46,060 nt of DNA from Candidatus Aminicenantes bacterium (GTDB lineage: Bacteria > Acidobacteriota > Aminicenantia > Aminicenantales > Aminicenantaceae): positions 1 to 46,060 of the forward strand of contig JAUWTO010000003.1 of assembly GCA_030614685.1 (NCBI GenBank), written 5' to 3'. Every line of letters starts with the position of its first letter. The first letter of the stretch is position 1. The notes under the pieces were generated by a model that was not told where the DNA came from, ran no database searches, and saw only the letters and a list, made by a program, of their open reading frames with translations. This document shows, piece by piece, positions 1 to 8,945 of this stretch. The position numbers were made by a program, and so were the translations under genes.

Positions 1-573
1 ACCATGTCGCAGACCTACCCCTCGCGAAGCAGCTCTGCGGGCCGCTCCACCTCGTCACAGGGCCGGGTATCCGCGCGGTCGACGAGGACCTATTCCAGCC
101 GTACAACCCGGGGTGTGACACAGCAGAACTATGACAGCAGTGCCCGGGGCACGCCTTCCCGCGGCTATTCTTCCCGCAACACAGGGAGCGCGAGCCGATC
201 CACGACCGGATCTGTCTCGTCGCGATCCCAGAGTGTCCGTGCCGCGCCGCGGAGTGCCACGGCCAATTCCTCCCTCCGCCGGTCGGCTTCCAGCTACCAG
301 AGCCGGGGATCGACCTCGAGCCGCTCTGTCCCGCGCAGCAGTTCCTCCTCAAGCCGGGGCGTTGTGTCTTCCTCCAGGCGCTCTTCGAGCCGTATGGGAA
401 GCACCACGCGGTCCTCCTCTGCCTCCCGCACATCCCCCTCACGCAGCTCCTCCTCTGTGCGCTCCTCTCCCTCACGGTCTTCGAGCCGGTCCTCGCGCTC
501 GTCGGGAAGGACTGCAAGTGCGTCCCGCTCGTCGTCCTCTTCACGCTCCGGCTCCAGGGTGAGAAAAAGGTAG
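1..573 (+). CDS. 3' end of a protein with a Ser/Arg-rich low-complexity disordered tail (partial, runs off the left edge)
   Basis: Frame is open from base 1 to TAG at 571-573. Extreme S/R/T/G bias, ending in RVRKR. Confidence 0.7.
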   Translation, partial: TMSQTYPSRSSSAGRSTSSQGRVSARSTRTYSSRTTRGVTQQNYDSSARGTPSRGYSSRNTGSASRSTTGSVSSRSQSVRAAPRSATANSSLRRSASSYQSRGSTSSRSVPRSSSSSSRGVVSSSRRSSSRMGSTTRSSSASRTSPSRSSSSVRSSPSRSSSRSSRSSGRTASASRSSSSSRSGSRVRKR

Positions 574-589
574 GTCGCTCAATTTCTGC

Positions 590-618
590 TTTACATTTAT
601 CCCTCACGGTGGTATAAA
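590..618 (+). promoter_or_regulatory. sigma70-type promoter for the 693 lipoprotein gene
   Basis: TTTACA(590-595)-17 bp-TATAAA(613-618). Confidence 0.6.
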
Positions 619-692
619 GAATCCTACTTTAAAATAAGTGTGCATTCCCTGATGACACGGATGAGAACAACTATCAATTGGAGGTATGAGCC

Positions 693-1436
693 ATGGCTAT
701 CGTGAAAGGTTATGGAAGCAGGATGCATCTGACTCTGGGGCTGTTTGTAGCATTCGCACTCATCATTTCGGGCTCTATCGCATGCCAACAGGCTGAAGAA
801 AACCTCCCTGAAGAGCAGGCTGCCCTGGAAGAAGGGACGCTCGTTTTCGAGGGGACGCCGAAGCTGGCCATCGGGAAATTCCTTTTCCTGCCCGAGGCTC
901 AGGGTTTTGACCTCGTGGTGCAGGGAGCCGTGGATGGTGGGGACCTGACCAGCCTTGTGGGGCAGGAAGTGAAGGTCGAAGGAGAAATTGCACCCGAGCA
1001 ACCTGCGGTGTTGATCGCCAACACCATCGAGGTGAAAGAGGCGAACGGTGAGTACCGCAGCGTCTTCACCCGGACCGATGAACCGGTACTGGATGAGTAC
1101 CTCGACCTTCAGTCCCGGGCTGCCTTCGAAGCGCTGGATAAGCTCAAGTACGATGACAACGCGGGCTGGGAAGGCAAGGGGAGAGCGAAAGTTTACGGGA
1201 GCCTGGAACAGCTGGAGAACGGTTACCGCATCCTGGTTCTGGATGAGAAAGGCGAGCAGGTCGGCTTCGTTGTGGTCGACAGCCTTTCGGATTACGCAAA
1301 CTTCTATCTCCAGAAGCTTCCGCTCTTCGATAAATTATGGTTCTATCTCGACATTAAGGAAACCATCGCGTGGAACACGCGCCGGCGCACAAGCGAATTG
1401 TTCCATGCCGACGTGCTCTTTGCCGGATTATTCTGA
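693..1436 (+). CDS. hypothetical lipoprotein
   Basis: GGAGG at 680-684. Hydrophobic signal with lipobox-like SIAC, then an acidic mature region. Confidence 0.75.
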   Translation: MAIVKGYGSRMHLTLGLFVAFALIISGSIACQQAEENLPEEQAALEEGTLVFEGTPKLAIGKFLFLPEAQGFDLVVQGAVDGGDLTSLVGQEVKVEGEIAPEQPAVLIANTIEVKEANGEYRSVFTRTDEPVLDEYLDLQSRAAFEALDKLKYDDNAGWEGKGRAKVYGSLEQLENGYRILVLDEKGEQVGFVVVDSLSDYANFYLQKLPLFDKLWFYLDIKETIAWNTRRRTSELFHADVLFAGLF

Positions 1437-1478
1437 TCCCCAGTCCTATTTCTTATAGGCATAATTCATACATGCTTT

Positions 1479-1504
1479 GAGGGCCTTTTACAGGCCCTCT
1501 TTCT
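1479..1504 (+). terminator. intrinsic terminator-like hairpin between convergent genes
   Basis: GAGGGCCT-ttta c-AGGCCCTC followed by TTTCT. Confidence 0.6.
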
Positions 1505-1529
1505 ATTTGTGCCCCCAAAATTCCCCTGA

Positions 1530-3239
1530 TCAGTTCTGGTCCTGCGCCTGCTGCTTTTCCCTGTAGGATGCGATGTTGGCGTCCAGGTCCGGATGACGGA
1601 GGTGGAAATCGGTCGCCTCCTGATAGGCCTGGGCCACGCGTAGCACCGCGGCCTCGCCCATGAGTTTCCCCACGAACTGGATGCTGGTGGGGCTCCCCTT
1701 GGGGTCGAATCCCTGCGGCAGAACCACTGTGGGATGCCCGGTGAGGTTGGTGATCGACAGGTTGCTGGTGCGGGCGGAAGTGGGCACGAGGTAGACATCG
1801 ATGTCCTGCATGAGCTCCTCCATGCGCTCCATGAGCAGCGTACGCATCCGGTTAGCCTGGATATACTCCACCGCCGGCACCATGCGAGACCGGCGGAAGC
1901 TGTCGGGCCAGGCCCCGCGTCCCTGACGGACGAGGAGATCATCCCGGTTTGACCGCGTGAGCTCGTCGAAGGCCGCCGCCGCTTCGGCCGACAGGATGAA
2001 TCCCATCGCCCTGACCGGCAGGTCGGGCAGTTGGATCGGGATCAGCTCCACCTCGAGCTTTTTGAAAGTGGCCAGTACGGTCTGGTCGTTTTCCTTGTTG
2101 CGGTATTTTGATTCGAACGCCTCTTTAAGGTAGCCGATGCGGAGGGTCCGGATGTCGAGCTCTGGTTCCCAGAGGAAGGGATGTTCGAGGATCGTCCTGT
2201 CTCTGCCGTCCGGCCCATAGATGGCATTGAAGACCAGCGCGCAGTCCTCTGCGCTCCGGCAGAGGGGACCGATCTTGTCCATGCTCCAGCTCAGGGCCAT
2301 GGCTCCGTGCCGGCTCACACGTCCGAAGGTGGGCCGCAGCCCCGTGACCCCGCATCGCGTTGCGGGCGACACAATGGAACCCAGGGTCTCGGTGCCGATG
2401 GCGAATCCGACCAGGCCCGCTGCTGTGGCTGCGGCCGAACCGGCGGATGAGCCGCTGGACCCCTGCTCCAGGTTCCAGGGATTGCGGGTCTTGCCGCCGT
2501 ACCACACATCTCCCATGGCCAGGGCCCCCAGGGTGAGCTTGGCCACCAGTACGGCGCCCGCCTCTTCCAGGCGTGTGACCACCGTAGCGTCCTCATCGAA
2601 GACCTGGTCCTTGTAGGGCACGGCCCCCCAGGAGGTCTTGATCCCTTTGGTGGCGAGCAGGTCCTTGGCTCCCCAGGGGATGCCGTGGAGGGGGCCGCGG
2701 TAGCGGCCGGCAGCGATTTCCGCATCGGCCCGCCTCGCCTGCTCCAGAGCCAGGTCCTCTGTCAGGGTGACGATGCATTCGAGTTCCTTCCCGTATTTTT
2801 TCAGCCGGTCGAGATAGAGCTGTGTCAGCTGCAGAGAGGTGACCCTGCGCCCGCGAATGAGGCGGGCCAGGTCTGTGATCGAGTAAAAGGCCAGCTCGTT
2901 AGGGTCCTGGGGGACCGTGAGGCCCGGGTCTGCGGGGAGCTCGATCCGCTGCCTTGCCCAGGCTGCGGTTTCCTGAGGTGCGAGGGGGGCAAAGAGCAGG
3001 GCCGGTGACAGGCTGTTGGGCAGCTCGACCTGGCGCAGTTCCTGGTAGCTCGCCAGGTTGCGCTCCAGTCCGCCGAGCATCAGCTTGCGTTCGGTCCGGT
3101 CGAAATTGAGCCCGGCGACTTTTTCCGCGGCCATAATGTCCCATGTGGTGAGGCCCTTTTTCCATTTGAAATACATGTACCCCATCCCGGCACACATCAG
3201 GACGATGAGAACCAGCAGGGCGATGCAGAGTTTTTTCAT
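1530..3239 (-). CDS. amidase signature (GatA-like) family amidase with N-terminal membrane anchor/signal
   Basis: GPLHGIPWGAKD (catalytic Lys), GSSGSSAG, GTETLGSIVSP (Ser-cisSer-Lys triad). Confidence 0.92.
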   Translation of the reverse strand: MKKLCIALLVLIVLMCAGMGYMYFKWKKGLTTWDIMAAEKVAGLNFDRTERKLMLGGLERNLASYQELRQVELPNSLSPALLFAPLAPQETAAWARQRIELPADPGLTVPQDPNELAFYSITDLARLIRGRRVTSLQLTQLYLDRLKKYGKELECIVTLTEDLALEQARRADAEIAAGRYRGPLHGIPWGAKDLLATKGIKTSWGAVPYKDQVFDEDATVVTRLEEAGAVLVAKLTLGALAMGDVWYGGKTRNPWNLEQGSSGSSAGSAAATAAGLVGFAIGTETLGSIVSPATRCGVTGLRPTFGRVSRHGAMALSWSMDKIGPLCRSAEDCALVFNAIYGPDGRDRTILEHPFLWEPELDIRTLRIGYLKEAFESKYRNKENDQTVLATFKKLEVELIPIQLPDLPVRAMGFILSAEAAAAFDELTRSNRDDLLVRQGRGAWPDSFRRSRMVPAVEYIQANRMRTLLMERMEELMQDIDVYLVPTSARTSNLSITNLTGHPTVVLPQGFDPKGSPTSIQFVGKLMGEAAVLRVAQAYQEATDFHLRHPDLDANIASYREKQQAQDQN

Positions 3240-3254
3240 GCTGCCATCCCTCCT

Positions 3255-3608
3255 TTATCTTTTATCGTTTGGTTGTATTTTCTGTTTAATTTTCTGGGAT
3301 ACTCGGTATACAAGGATTCCAACGACCAAGGACCCTCCCATCCAGAGGAGTTTGAACTGCTGGCTCTCGAAGTGGGCTAGGGCGTTCAGGACAAAACCGG
3401 AGAGTATCAGAAATGCGGTCACACATAGTGAGACCAGGAGGGGGAGCATGAGTAGGGACGCGCACCCCTCCTGCTCTTCCGCCTTTTCTGGTTCGTCCAA
3501 AGGAAGGGGAGCTGAGGCCTCTCCAGGTTCCCAGTACTCAGCCCCGCACTGAGGGCAACGGGATGCATCCCTGGGAATGGGAGCGTTGCAGTGCGGGCAG
3601 GTGTTCAC
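3255..3608 (-). CDS. zinc-ribbon domain membrane protein
   Basis: CPHC-x10-CPQC at the N-terminus, then two TM helices. GTG start just after the MFS stop. Confidence 0.75.
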   Translation of the reverse strand: MNTCPHCNAPIPRDASRCPQCGAEYWEPGEASAPLPLDEPEKAEEQEGCASLLMLPLLVSLCVTAFLILSGFVLNALAHFESQQFKLLWMGGSLVVGILVYRVSQKIKQKIQPNDKR

Positions 3609-3613
3609 GCTTT

Positions 3614-4942
3614 CTAGGGTTTTTCCAGGGCCCCGTCGCCTCTGGCATCGGTGCGCTTGAGGAGCAGTGCGAAGATCAGTCCCACGAAACCCAGGCCGGA
3701 GAACATCAGCAGGCTGGCGGTGTAGGACTTGGTGACGTCACGCAAAATGCCGTTGAGCAGCGGGAAGAGTGCCAGCCCGATGTTCTGGATGGCGGTCATC
3801 ATGCCGAATGCCATCCCCACACGCTCTTTGGGGACGATAAGAGGGATCGTGGGCCACATGGCAGCCGGGACCAGCACAAAGGCGGCTCCCAGGGCGATCA
3901 TGGGGAATATGGGATTGATATACGTCAGCCCCATCAAGGCATGGCTCGGGATCATGATCAGTGAACCCAGGATCATCAGGCTCGCCCGGCGCCCGATCTT
4001 GTCGACCATGCGGCCGGCAAAGGGGGCAAAGATCATGGAGGCGAAGATGATAATGCCGGTAATGCCGCCGGCAGTACTGAACATGTGCAGGAAGCTGTTG
4101 AACACCTGATACAGGAAGCCCCCACTGGTCTCGGCATACCGGGAGATTCCCCATTTGTCTACGAAGAAATCGGTGGACAGCGCGGTGAAAGGGAAGATCG
4201 CGGAATAGAAGGTCATGCACAGCATGGTGACGATCCAGAACGTGGGCTTGAACTTGCCGATGTCCTTGAAGACGATCTTTTCTTCCGTCGCGCTGTCCTT
4301 GAGCCCGAGCAGGCGTTCTCCGCGGCGGTCCATGATTATGTATACGATGTTGGCCAGGATGGAGAGCATGCAGAAGAGCACGGCGGCGAACAGGGCGTAC
4401 CGGTAGCTCCCGAACTGGCTGGATATGAGCTCACCGGTATTGAAGGCAAAGAGGGTTCCGAGGCGGCTGACCGTGAGCGCGATGCCGAACGACAGAGCCA
4501 GTTCCTTGCCCTTGAACCAGCGGGCCAGGATGGCGCTCTGGGCAACGATGAGAGGCTCGGAGCCTGCTCCGAAGATGAATCTTCCCAGGAACACGACCGG
4601 GATCGAACGGGCCTGCCAGACCACTATCGCCCCGACGAGCACCAGCAGAGAGAACATAAGACTGGCCTTGCGGGTGCCCAGGCGATCTATGAGGAAGCCG
4701 CCGATCAGGACAAACAGGATGGCGGCCACGTGATACATGGTGTAGAAGGAGCCGAGGGTCCCTCGGGCTGCCCCCAGTTCCTCTACCAGAGTGGGTGCTA
4801 AGGCGCCTAAGATGTCGTAGGCGAAGTAGCTCCCGAAGCTCAAGGCAGAGACGAAAATGAGGATGGCGAAACGGAATATGGCGTTCCGGGGGTGGAAGAG
4901 GCCTCCTGCCTGACTGGGGGGCTCGGGGTGGATTTCGTTCAT
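3614..4942 (-). CDS. MFS transporter
   Basis: About 12 TM helices; motif A-like GFLIDRLGTRK and GRMVDKIGRR. Start placed at ATG 4942, 7 nt after a consensus -10. The ORF track extends to 5077. Confidence 0.9.
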   Translation of the reverse strand: MNEIHPEPPSQAGGLFHPRNAIFRFAILIFVSALSFGSYFAYDILGALAPTLVEELGAARGTLGSFYTMYHVAAILFVLIGGFLIDRLGTRKASLMFSLLVLVGAIVVWQARSIPVVFLGRFIFGAGSEPLIVAQSAILARWFKGKELALSFGIALTVSRLGTLFAFNTGELISSQFGSYRYALFAAVLFCMLSILANIVYIIMDRRGERLLGLKDSATEEKIVFKDIGKFKPTFWIVTMLCMTFYSAIFPFTALSTDFFVDKWGISRYAETSGGFLYQVFNSFLHMFSTAGGITGIIIFASMIFAPFAGRMVDKIGRRASLMILGSLIMIPSHALMGLTYINPIFPMIALGAAFVLVPAAMWPTIPLIVPKERVGMAFGMMTAIQNIGLALFPLLNGILRDVTKSYTASLLMFSGLGFVGLIFALLLKRTDARGDGALEKP

Positions 4943-4949
4943 ATCCTGG

Positions 4950-4978
4950 CTTATATCACAGGGTTCAGGGGCTGTCAA
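4950..4978 (-). promoter_or_regulatory. near-consensus sigma70 promoter giving a probable leaderless MFS mRNA
   Basis: Minus strand TTGACA-17 bp-TATAAG with TG extension; ATG 7 nt downstream; no SD. Confidence 0.7.
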
Positions 4979-4984
4979 ACCAGG

Positions 4985-5145
4985 CCTCCGTGAATGAGAT
5001 ACCCTCGCTTTCCGGCCTATTAAGCCCGAGCGGAAGACCCGCCGTCCAACCTCCCCCTCCTTGAAAGTGGAAGCCATTCATTCTCTCACCTCCCCATGCG
5101 CTCGGATTGAAAATGGCCGGCCCACACGCCCCGCTGAAACCCTCC
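4985..5145 (-). ncRNA. candidate structured RNA (6S RNA-like rod with central bubble), unconfirmed
   Basis: Nested stems CCGGCC(5012-5017)/GGCCGG(5115-5120) and CCGAGCG(5026-5032)/CGCTCGG(5099-5105) flank an AT-rich internal bubble. The G-rich minus strand allows extra G-U hairpins. Confidence 0.3.
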
Positions 5146-5148
5146 CGC

Positions 5149-5177
5149 TTGTTATGGGTTCCGTGAGGGGCTATAAT
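5149..5177 (+). promoter_or_regulatory. sigma70 promoter for the HAD phosphatase
   Basis: TTGTTA-17 bp-TATAAT. Confidence 0.65.
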
Positions 5178-5208
5178 GCCAGCGAGCGATCGAAGGAGGG
5201 AGGCAAGC

Positions 5209-5817
5209 ATGATCCGGTGTGTCATTTCCGACCTGGGCAAGGTCCTGATCTTTTTCGACAACTCCATCTTCTATCGCAAGCTGGCCGCCTTCACCCCTTT
5301 CGACGTGAAAGAGATCGCCGCCCGGGTCAATGTCCATTCGGAGATCGGGGAGGCATTCGACACGGGACGGCTGTCTCCCCAGGGTTTCTATGAAAAGGCG
5401 CTCGAGGCTCTGGAGGCGGAATTGAGCTGCGAGGATTTCTTTGCGATGTACAACGACGTCTTCTCCCTTAACCGCCCTGTCGTCGATATCCTTAGCCGGC
5501 TGAAAGCCCTCTCCTGCAGGATGGTCATGCTCTCCAACACCGATGTCGAGCGCTTCGGATTCATCCGAAACCGCTTCCCGGAGGTCATGTTGTTCGACCA
5601 CTATGTGCTCTCTTATGAGGAGGGATACATGAAGCCGGATCCCCGGATCTTTGTGGTCGCCCTTGGAAAGGCCGAAGCAGCCCCTGCCGAGTGCGTCTTC
5701 ATCGACGACCGCAGCGAGAACATCGAGGCGGCCCGGCGATTGGGGATGCATGCCATACACTTTCTGGAGGATACGAACCTCCGGTCCGCTCTCAACGAGC
5801 TGGGCCTCGAACCGTAA
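5209..5817 (+). CDS. HAD superfamily phosphatase (YihX-like)
   Basis: SDLGKV motif I, LSNT motif II, KPDPRIF motif III, FIDD motif IV; strong SD upstream. Confidence 0.9.
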   Translation: MIRCVISDLGKVLIFFDNSIFYRKLAAFTPFDVKEIAARVNVHSEIGEAFDTGRLSPQGFYEKALEALEAELSCEDFFAMYNDVFSLNRPVVDILSRLKALSCRMVMLSNTDVERFGFIRNRFPEVMLFDHYVLSYEEGYMKPDPRIFVVALGKAEAAPAECVFIDDRSENIEAARRLGMHAIHFLEDTNLRSALNELGLEP

Positions 5818-5861
5818 CCATACTCGGCCAGGGCAGGGTCCGAGCTTCCGCGGCAGTACCT

Positions 5862-6275
5862 TTAAGCGCGGCAGGCCACATGCACGCGACGAGTGCGGGG
5901 CCCATCGAATTCACAGAAGTAGACTCCCTGCCAGGCCCCCAAGACCAGGCGGCCCCTTTCGATCAGGATCTGGACCGAGGGTCCCATGAGGCTGGCCTTG
6001 ACGTGAGCGGGCGAATTGCCCTCTGCGTGTGTGTAGGGAAGGGAATCCGGTACCATGGTTTTCAGGGACATGAGTATGTCGTTTTTTACGGAAGGATCGG
6101 CGTTCTCATTGATGGTGATCCCGGCTGTCGTGTGGGGGACATAGACGACACATACACCGGTGCGGGCTCCGGAAAGATGGACGACGCGCTCTACTTCGGC
6201 TGTGATGTCCTTGAGCTCCTCCTGCGACCGCGTCTGGACCATGATCGTTTGATAAGTGTCCTCAGAGCGTTCCAT
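5862..6275 (-). CDS. yjbQ: YjbQ/UPF0047 family protein (secondary thiamine-phosphate synthase)
   Basis: PHTTAGITINENADPSV, HAEGNSPAHVKASL, LGAWQGVYFCEFDGPR. Confidence 0.93.
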   Translation of the reverse strand: MERSEDTYQTIMVQTRSQEELKDITAEVERVVHLSGARTGVCVVYVPHTTAGITINENADPSVKNDILMSLKTMVPDSLPYTHAEGNSPAHVKASLMGPSVQILIERGRLVLGAWQGVYFCEFDGPRTRRVHVACRA

Positions 6276-6394
6276 AATGCTGATATTCTAGCACAAAAAT
6301 GGACTGGAGCAGATGAAAAAACGGGTTGAAACCGTGCGTTTTTACCGCCCGGGAAGTTCTCAAAAAATATTTTCGATGAATCTCCAAAAAATAC

Positions 6395-6423
6395 TTGACA
6401 TCTCTTGGTGGCAATAATAAAGT
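6395..6423 (+). promoter_or_regulatory. sigma70 promoter of the nrdD operon
   Basis: TTGACA(6395-6400)-17 bp-TAAAGT(6418-6423) with an AT-rich UP-like region upstream. Confidence 0.7.
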
Positions 6424-6434
6424 TGGGAACGCGA

Positions 6435-6482
6435 GTACAACATTTTGTACCGTTCCGAGCGCACACATACAACATATTGGTG
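6435..6482 (+). promoter_or_regulatory. tandem NrdR boxes
   Basis: gtaCAACATTTTGtac (6435-6450) and ataCAACATATTGgtg (6467-6482) match the NrdR consensus acaCwAtATaTwGtgt. They are 32 bp apart, just downstream of the RNR promoter. Confidence 0.85.
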
Positions 6483-6595
6483 AGGTTCCAACGGAATCTC
6501 CCCCTATGGGAGGGCTACACAGGGGGGTGAAGGGGCCTGAGCTGGATCTGCTGAACTGTGGATAGCGTTGTATTTTGGAAGAAAGGAGCTATTGT

Positions 6596-8722
6596 ATGTC
6601 GGAAACTCTCACAAGGATCAAGAAGAGGGATGGAGAAATCAGTGATTTTGTCCATGATAAGATCACAACCGCTATCTACAAGGCCATGGAGTCCAAGGGT
6701 ATCGATGATCGGAGGGCGGCCCAGAGCGTATCGGACATCGTAAAGTTTGTCCTGGAGGAGAAATTCGGCGGTTACACCACGCCCTCAGTCGAGCAGATCC
6801 AGGATATCGTGGAAAAGGTCCTCATGAAGCAGGGGTACCATGATGTTGCCAAGGCCTATATCCTGTACCGGGAACGACACAAGGACATCCGTGAGGCCAA
6901 GAAGGTCGGGATCAACCTGGAGAGGTTGATCAAAGACTACATCAACGACGCGGACTGGCGCATCCGCGAGAACAGCAACGAGGGTGTCCAGAGCTTTTCC
7001 GGTCTCAATGCCCGGATCGCCGGGCAGGTCCTGACAAATTTCGCCCTGAACCACATCTACTCCGAGGATGTAAAGAGAGCTCATGTGGAAGGCGATATGC
7101 ACATCCACGACCTGTCCTATCCCATTGTCGGCTACTGTGCGGGCTGGTCGCTGGAGAACCTGCTGCGCAAGGGATTCGGTCATGTCCCCAACCAGACTCA
7201 CTCGTTCCCTGCCAAACATCTGGAGACGGCAACCCTGCACATGGTCAACTACATCGGGACCATGCAGGCCGAGTTTGCCGGCGCCCAGGCTTTTTCCTCC
7301 GTGGATACCCTGCTGGCTCCTTTTGTGCGGTCGGACGGGCTGGATTACAAATCCGTCAAGCAGGATGTGCAGAAACTGATCTTCGGATTGAACGTGCCTT
7401 CGCGCTGGGGATGGCAGACACCCTTTTCCAACCTGACCTTCGACTGGACCGTTCCCGATGACATGAAGGACAAAAAGGTCGTGGTCGGCGGCGAAGAGCA
7501 GGAATCCACCTACGGCGAATACCAGGCCGAGATGGACATGATCAACCGCGCTTTCCTGGAGTTGATGCGCGCCGGCGACCAGAAGGGCCGGGTTTTCACG
7601 TTCCCGATTCCCACCTACAATCTGACCAAGGATTTTGACTGGGATTCCCCCAATGCCACCCTCCTGTTCGAGGTCACGGCCAAATACGGGATCCCCTATT
7701 TCCAGAATTACATCGGGACCAACATGGATCCCGGCGACATCCGGGCCATGTGCTGCCGCCTGAACCTCGATCAGCGGGAGCTCATGCAGCGCCCAGGCAG
7801 CATCTGGGGCCCCGGTGACTCCACGGGGTCCATCGGTGTCGTGACCCTCAACCTCAACCGCATCGCTTATACGGCCCAGACCCGGGACGAGTTTTTCAAC
7901 CAGCTGAAGCACGTGATGACACTGGCCAAGGAATCCCTCGAGACCAAGCGTGAGATCGTGAACAACATGCTGGAGAAGGGCCTCATGCCCTACACCTCCG
8001 TTTATCTGGGGCATTTCGATAACCACTTCTCCACCATCGGACTGGTCGGGATGCACGAGTGCTGCCTGAACTTCCTGAACGCGGGACTCAACACGCCGGA
8101 GGGCAAGGAATTCGCGCTCGATGTGCTCAACTTCATGCGCTCCACCATGCGGGAGTTCCAGGAGGAGACCGGTTGCCTTTACAACCTGGAGGCCTCTCCC
8201 GCGGAATCCACTTCCTACCGGCTCGCCCGGATGGACAAACAGAGATTTCCCGGCATCATCACAGCGGGGACGGAGAAGTTCCCGTACCTCACCAACTCCT
8301 CCCAGCTCAACGTGGATGCCACCCGGGACATCTTCGAGGCACTCCAGCATCAGAATGACCTTCAACCCCTGTACACCGGCGGGACCATCTTCCACTCCTT
8401 CCTGCCGGAATCCATCGATGGGACTGCATGCAAAAAACTGGTCCAGAAGGTCGCCGAGAGCCGCCTGCCCTATTTCAGCATCACGCCCACCTTCAGTGTG
8501 TGCCGCAACCACGGATACCTGGGAGGTGAGGTGGCGGAATGCCCGGACTGCCATGAAAAGACCGAGGTGTACTCCCGGATCGTAGGCTATCTCCGGCCTG
8601 TGGCCACTTGGAACGACGGCAAAAAACAGGAATTCAAGGAGCGGACACCCTACACGGTCACGACCAACGGAGCAGATCATGAATTACCTGCTGTTCACGT
8701 ATCCGAACTGCCAAAAGTGTGA
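6596..8722 (+). CDS. nrdD: class III (anaerobic) ribonucleoside-triphosphate reductase with N-terminal ATP cone
   Basis: IKKRDG ATP cone, HIHDL, YCAGW, MCCRL, SPAEST, C-terminal CxxH..CxxC Zn site and glycyl-radical motif SRIVGYLRP; SD AAGGAG. Confidence 0.96.
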   Translation: MSETLTRIKKRDGEISDFVHDKITTAIYKAMESKGIDDRRAAQSVSDIVKFVLEEKFGGYTTPSVEQIQDIVEKVLMKQGYHDVAKAYILYRERHKDIREAKKVGINLERLIKDYINDADWRIRENSNEGVQSFSGLNARIAGQVLTNFALNHIYSEDVKRAHVEGDMHIHDLSYPIVGYCAGWSLENLLRKGFGHVPNQTHSFPAKHLETATLHMVNYIGTMQAEFAGAQAFSSVDTLLAPFVRSDGLDYKSVKQDVQKLIFGLNVPSRWGWQTPFSNLTFDWTVPDDMKDKKVVVGGEEQESTYGEYQAEMDMINRAFLELMRAGDQKGRVFTFPIPTYNLTKDFDWDSPNATLLFEVTAKYGIPYFQNYIGTNMDPGDIRAMCCRLNLDQRELMQRPGSIWGPGDSTGSIGVVTLNLNRIAYTAQTRDEFFNQLKHVMTLAKESLETKREIVNNMLEKGLMPYTSVYLGHFDNHFSTIGLVGMHECCLNFLNAGLNTPEGKEFALDVLNFMRSTMREFQEETGCLYNLEASPAESTSYRLARMDKQRFPGIITAGTEKFPYLTNSSQLNVDATRDIFEALQHQNDLQPLYTGGTIFHSFLPESIDGTACKKLVQKVAESRLPYFSITPTFSVCRNHGYLGGEVAECPDCHEKTEVYSRIVGYLRPVATWNDGKKQEFKERTPYTVTTNGADHELPAVHVSELPKV

Positions 8723-8945
8723 TGGCCTGAAGTCCCTTCTCAGGACCACCGAACTGGGAGGCGACGAGTACAATCTCACACGCAGGGAGGGCAAGCTCAA
8801 GATCCAGGATTATCTGAGGGTGATCAAGCGTGATGATAAGGGAGGCATAATCCTCCCCACGCTGGTCATCGAAGAGGAGAGCGAGGTCCTTACGGTCGTC
8901 AACGATCAGGAGGAGTTGACAGATTGGTTGAAATCAAGGGGTTAG
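8679..8945 (+). CDS. NrdH/glutaredoxin-like small redoxin
   Basis: 88 aa with LFTYPNCQKC (CxxC) and cis-Pro motif LPTLVI. Overlaps nrdD and nrdG. Confidence 0.8.
   Translation: MNYLLFTYPNCQKCDGLKSLLRTTELGGDEYNLTRREGKLKIQDYLRVIKRDDKGGIILPTLVIEEESEVLTVVNDQEELTDWLKSRG

Noticed and set aside
1530-3239. Calling the amidase gatA
   Set aside because: It has an N-terminal membrane anchor and no gatB/gatC neighbours, so a general amidase is more likely.
6483-6595. Possible cobalamin riboswitch in the nrdD leader
   Set aside because: No B12-box or GCCACTG/GGGAAG core found. The NrdR boxes already explain regulation.
6785-8680. Long antisense ORFs (also 11630-13117, 14738-15784, 18977-20500, 24309-25862, 35567-37096 and others)
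   Set aside because: Shadow frames of well-supported genes in GC-rich DNA, with no recognisable motifs.
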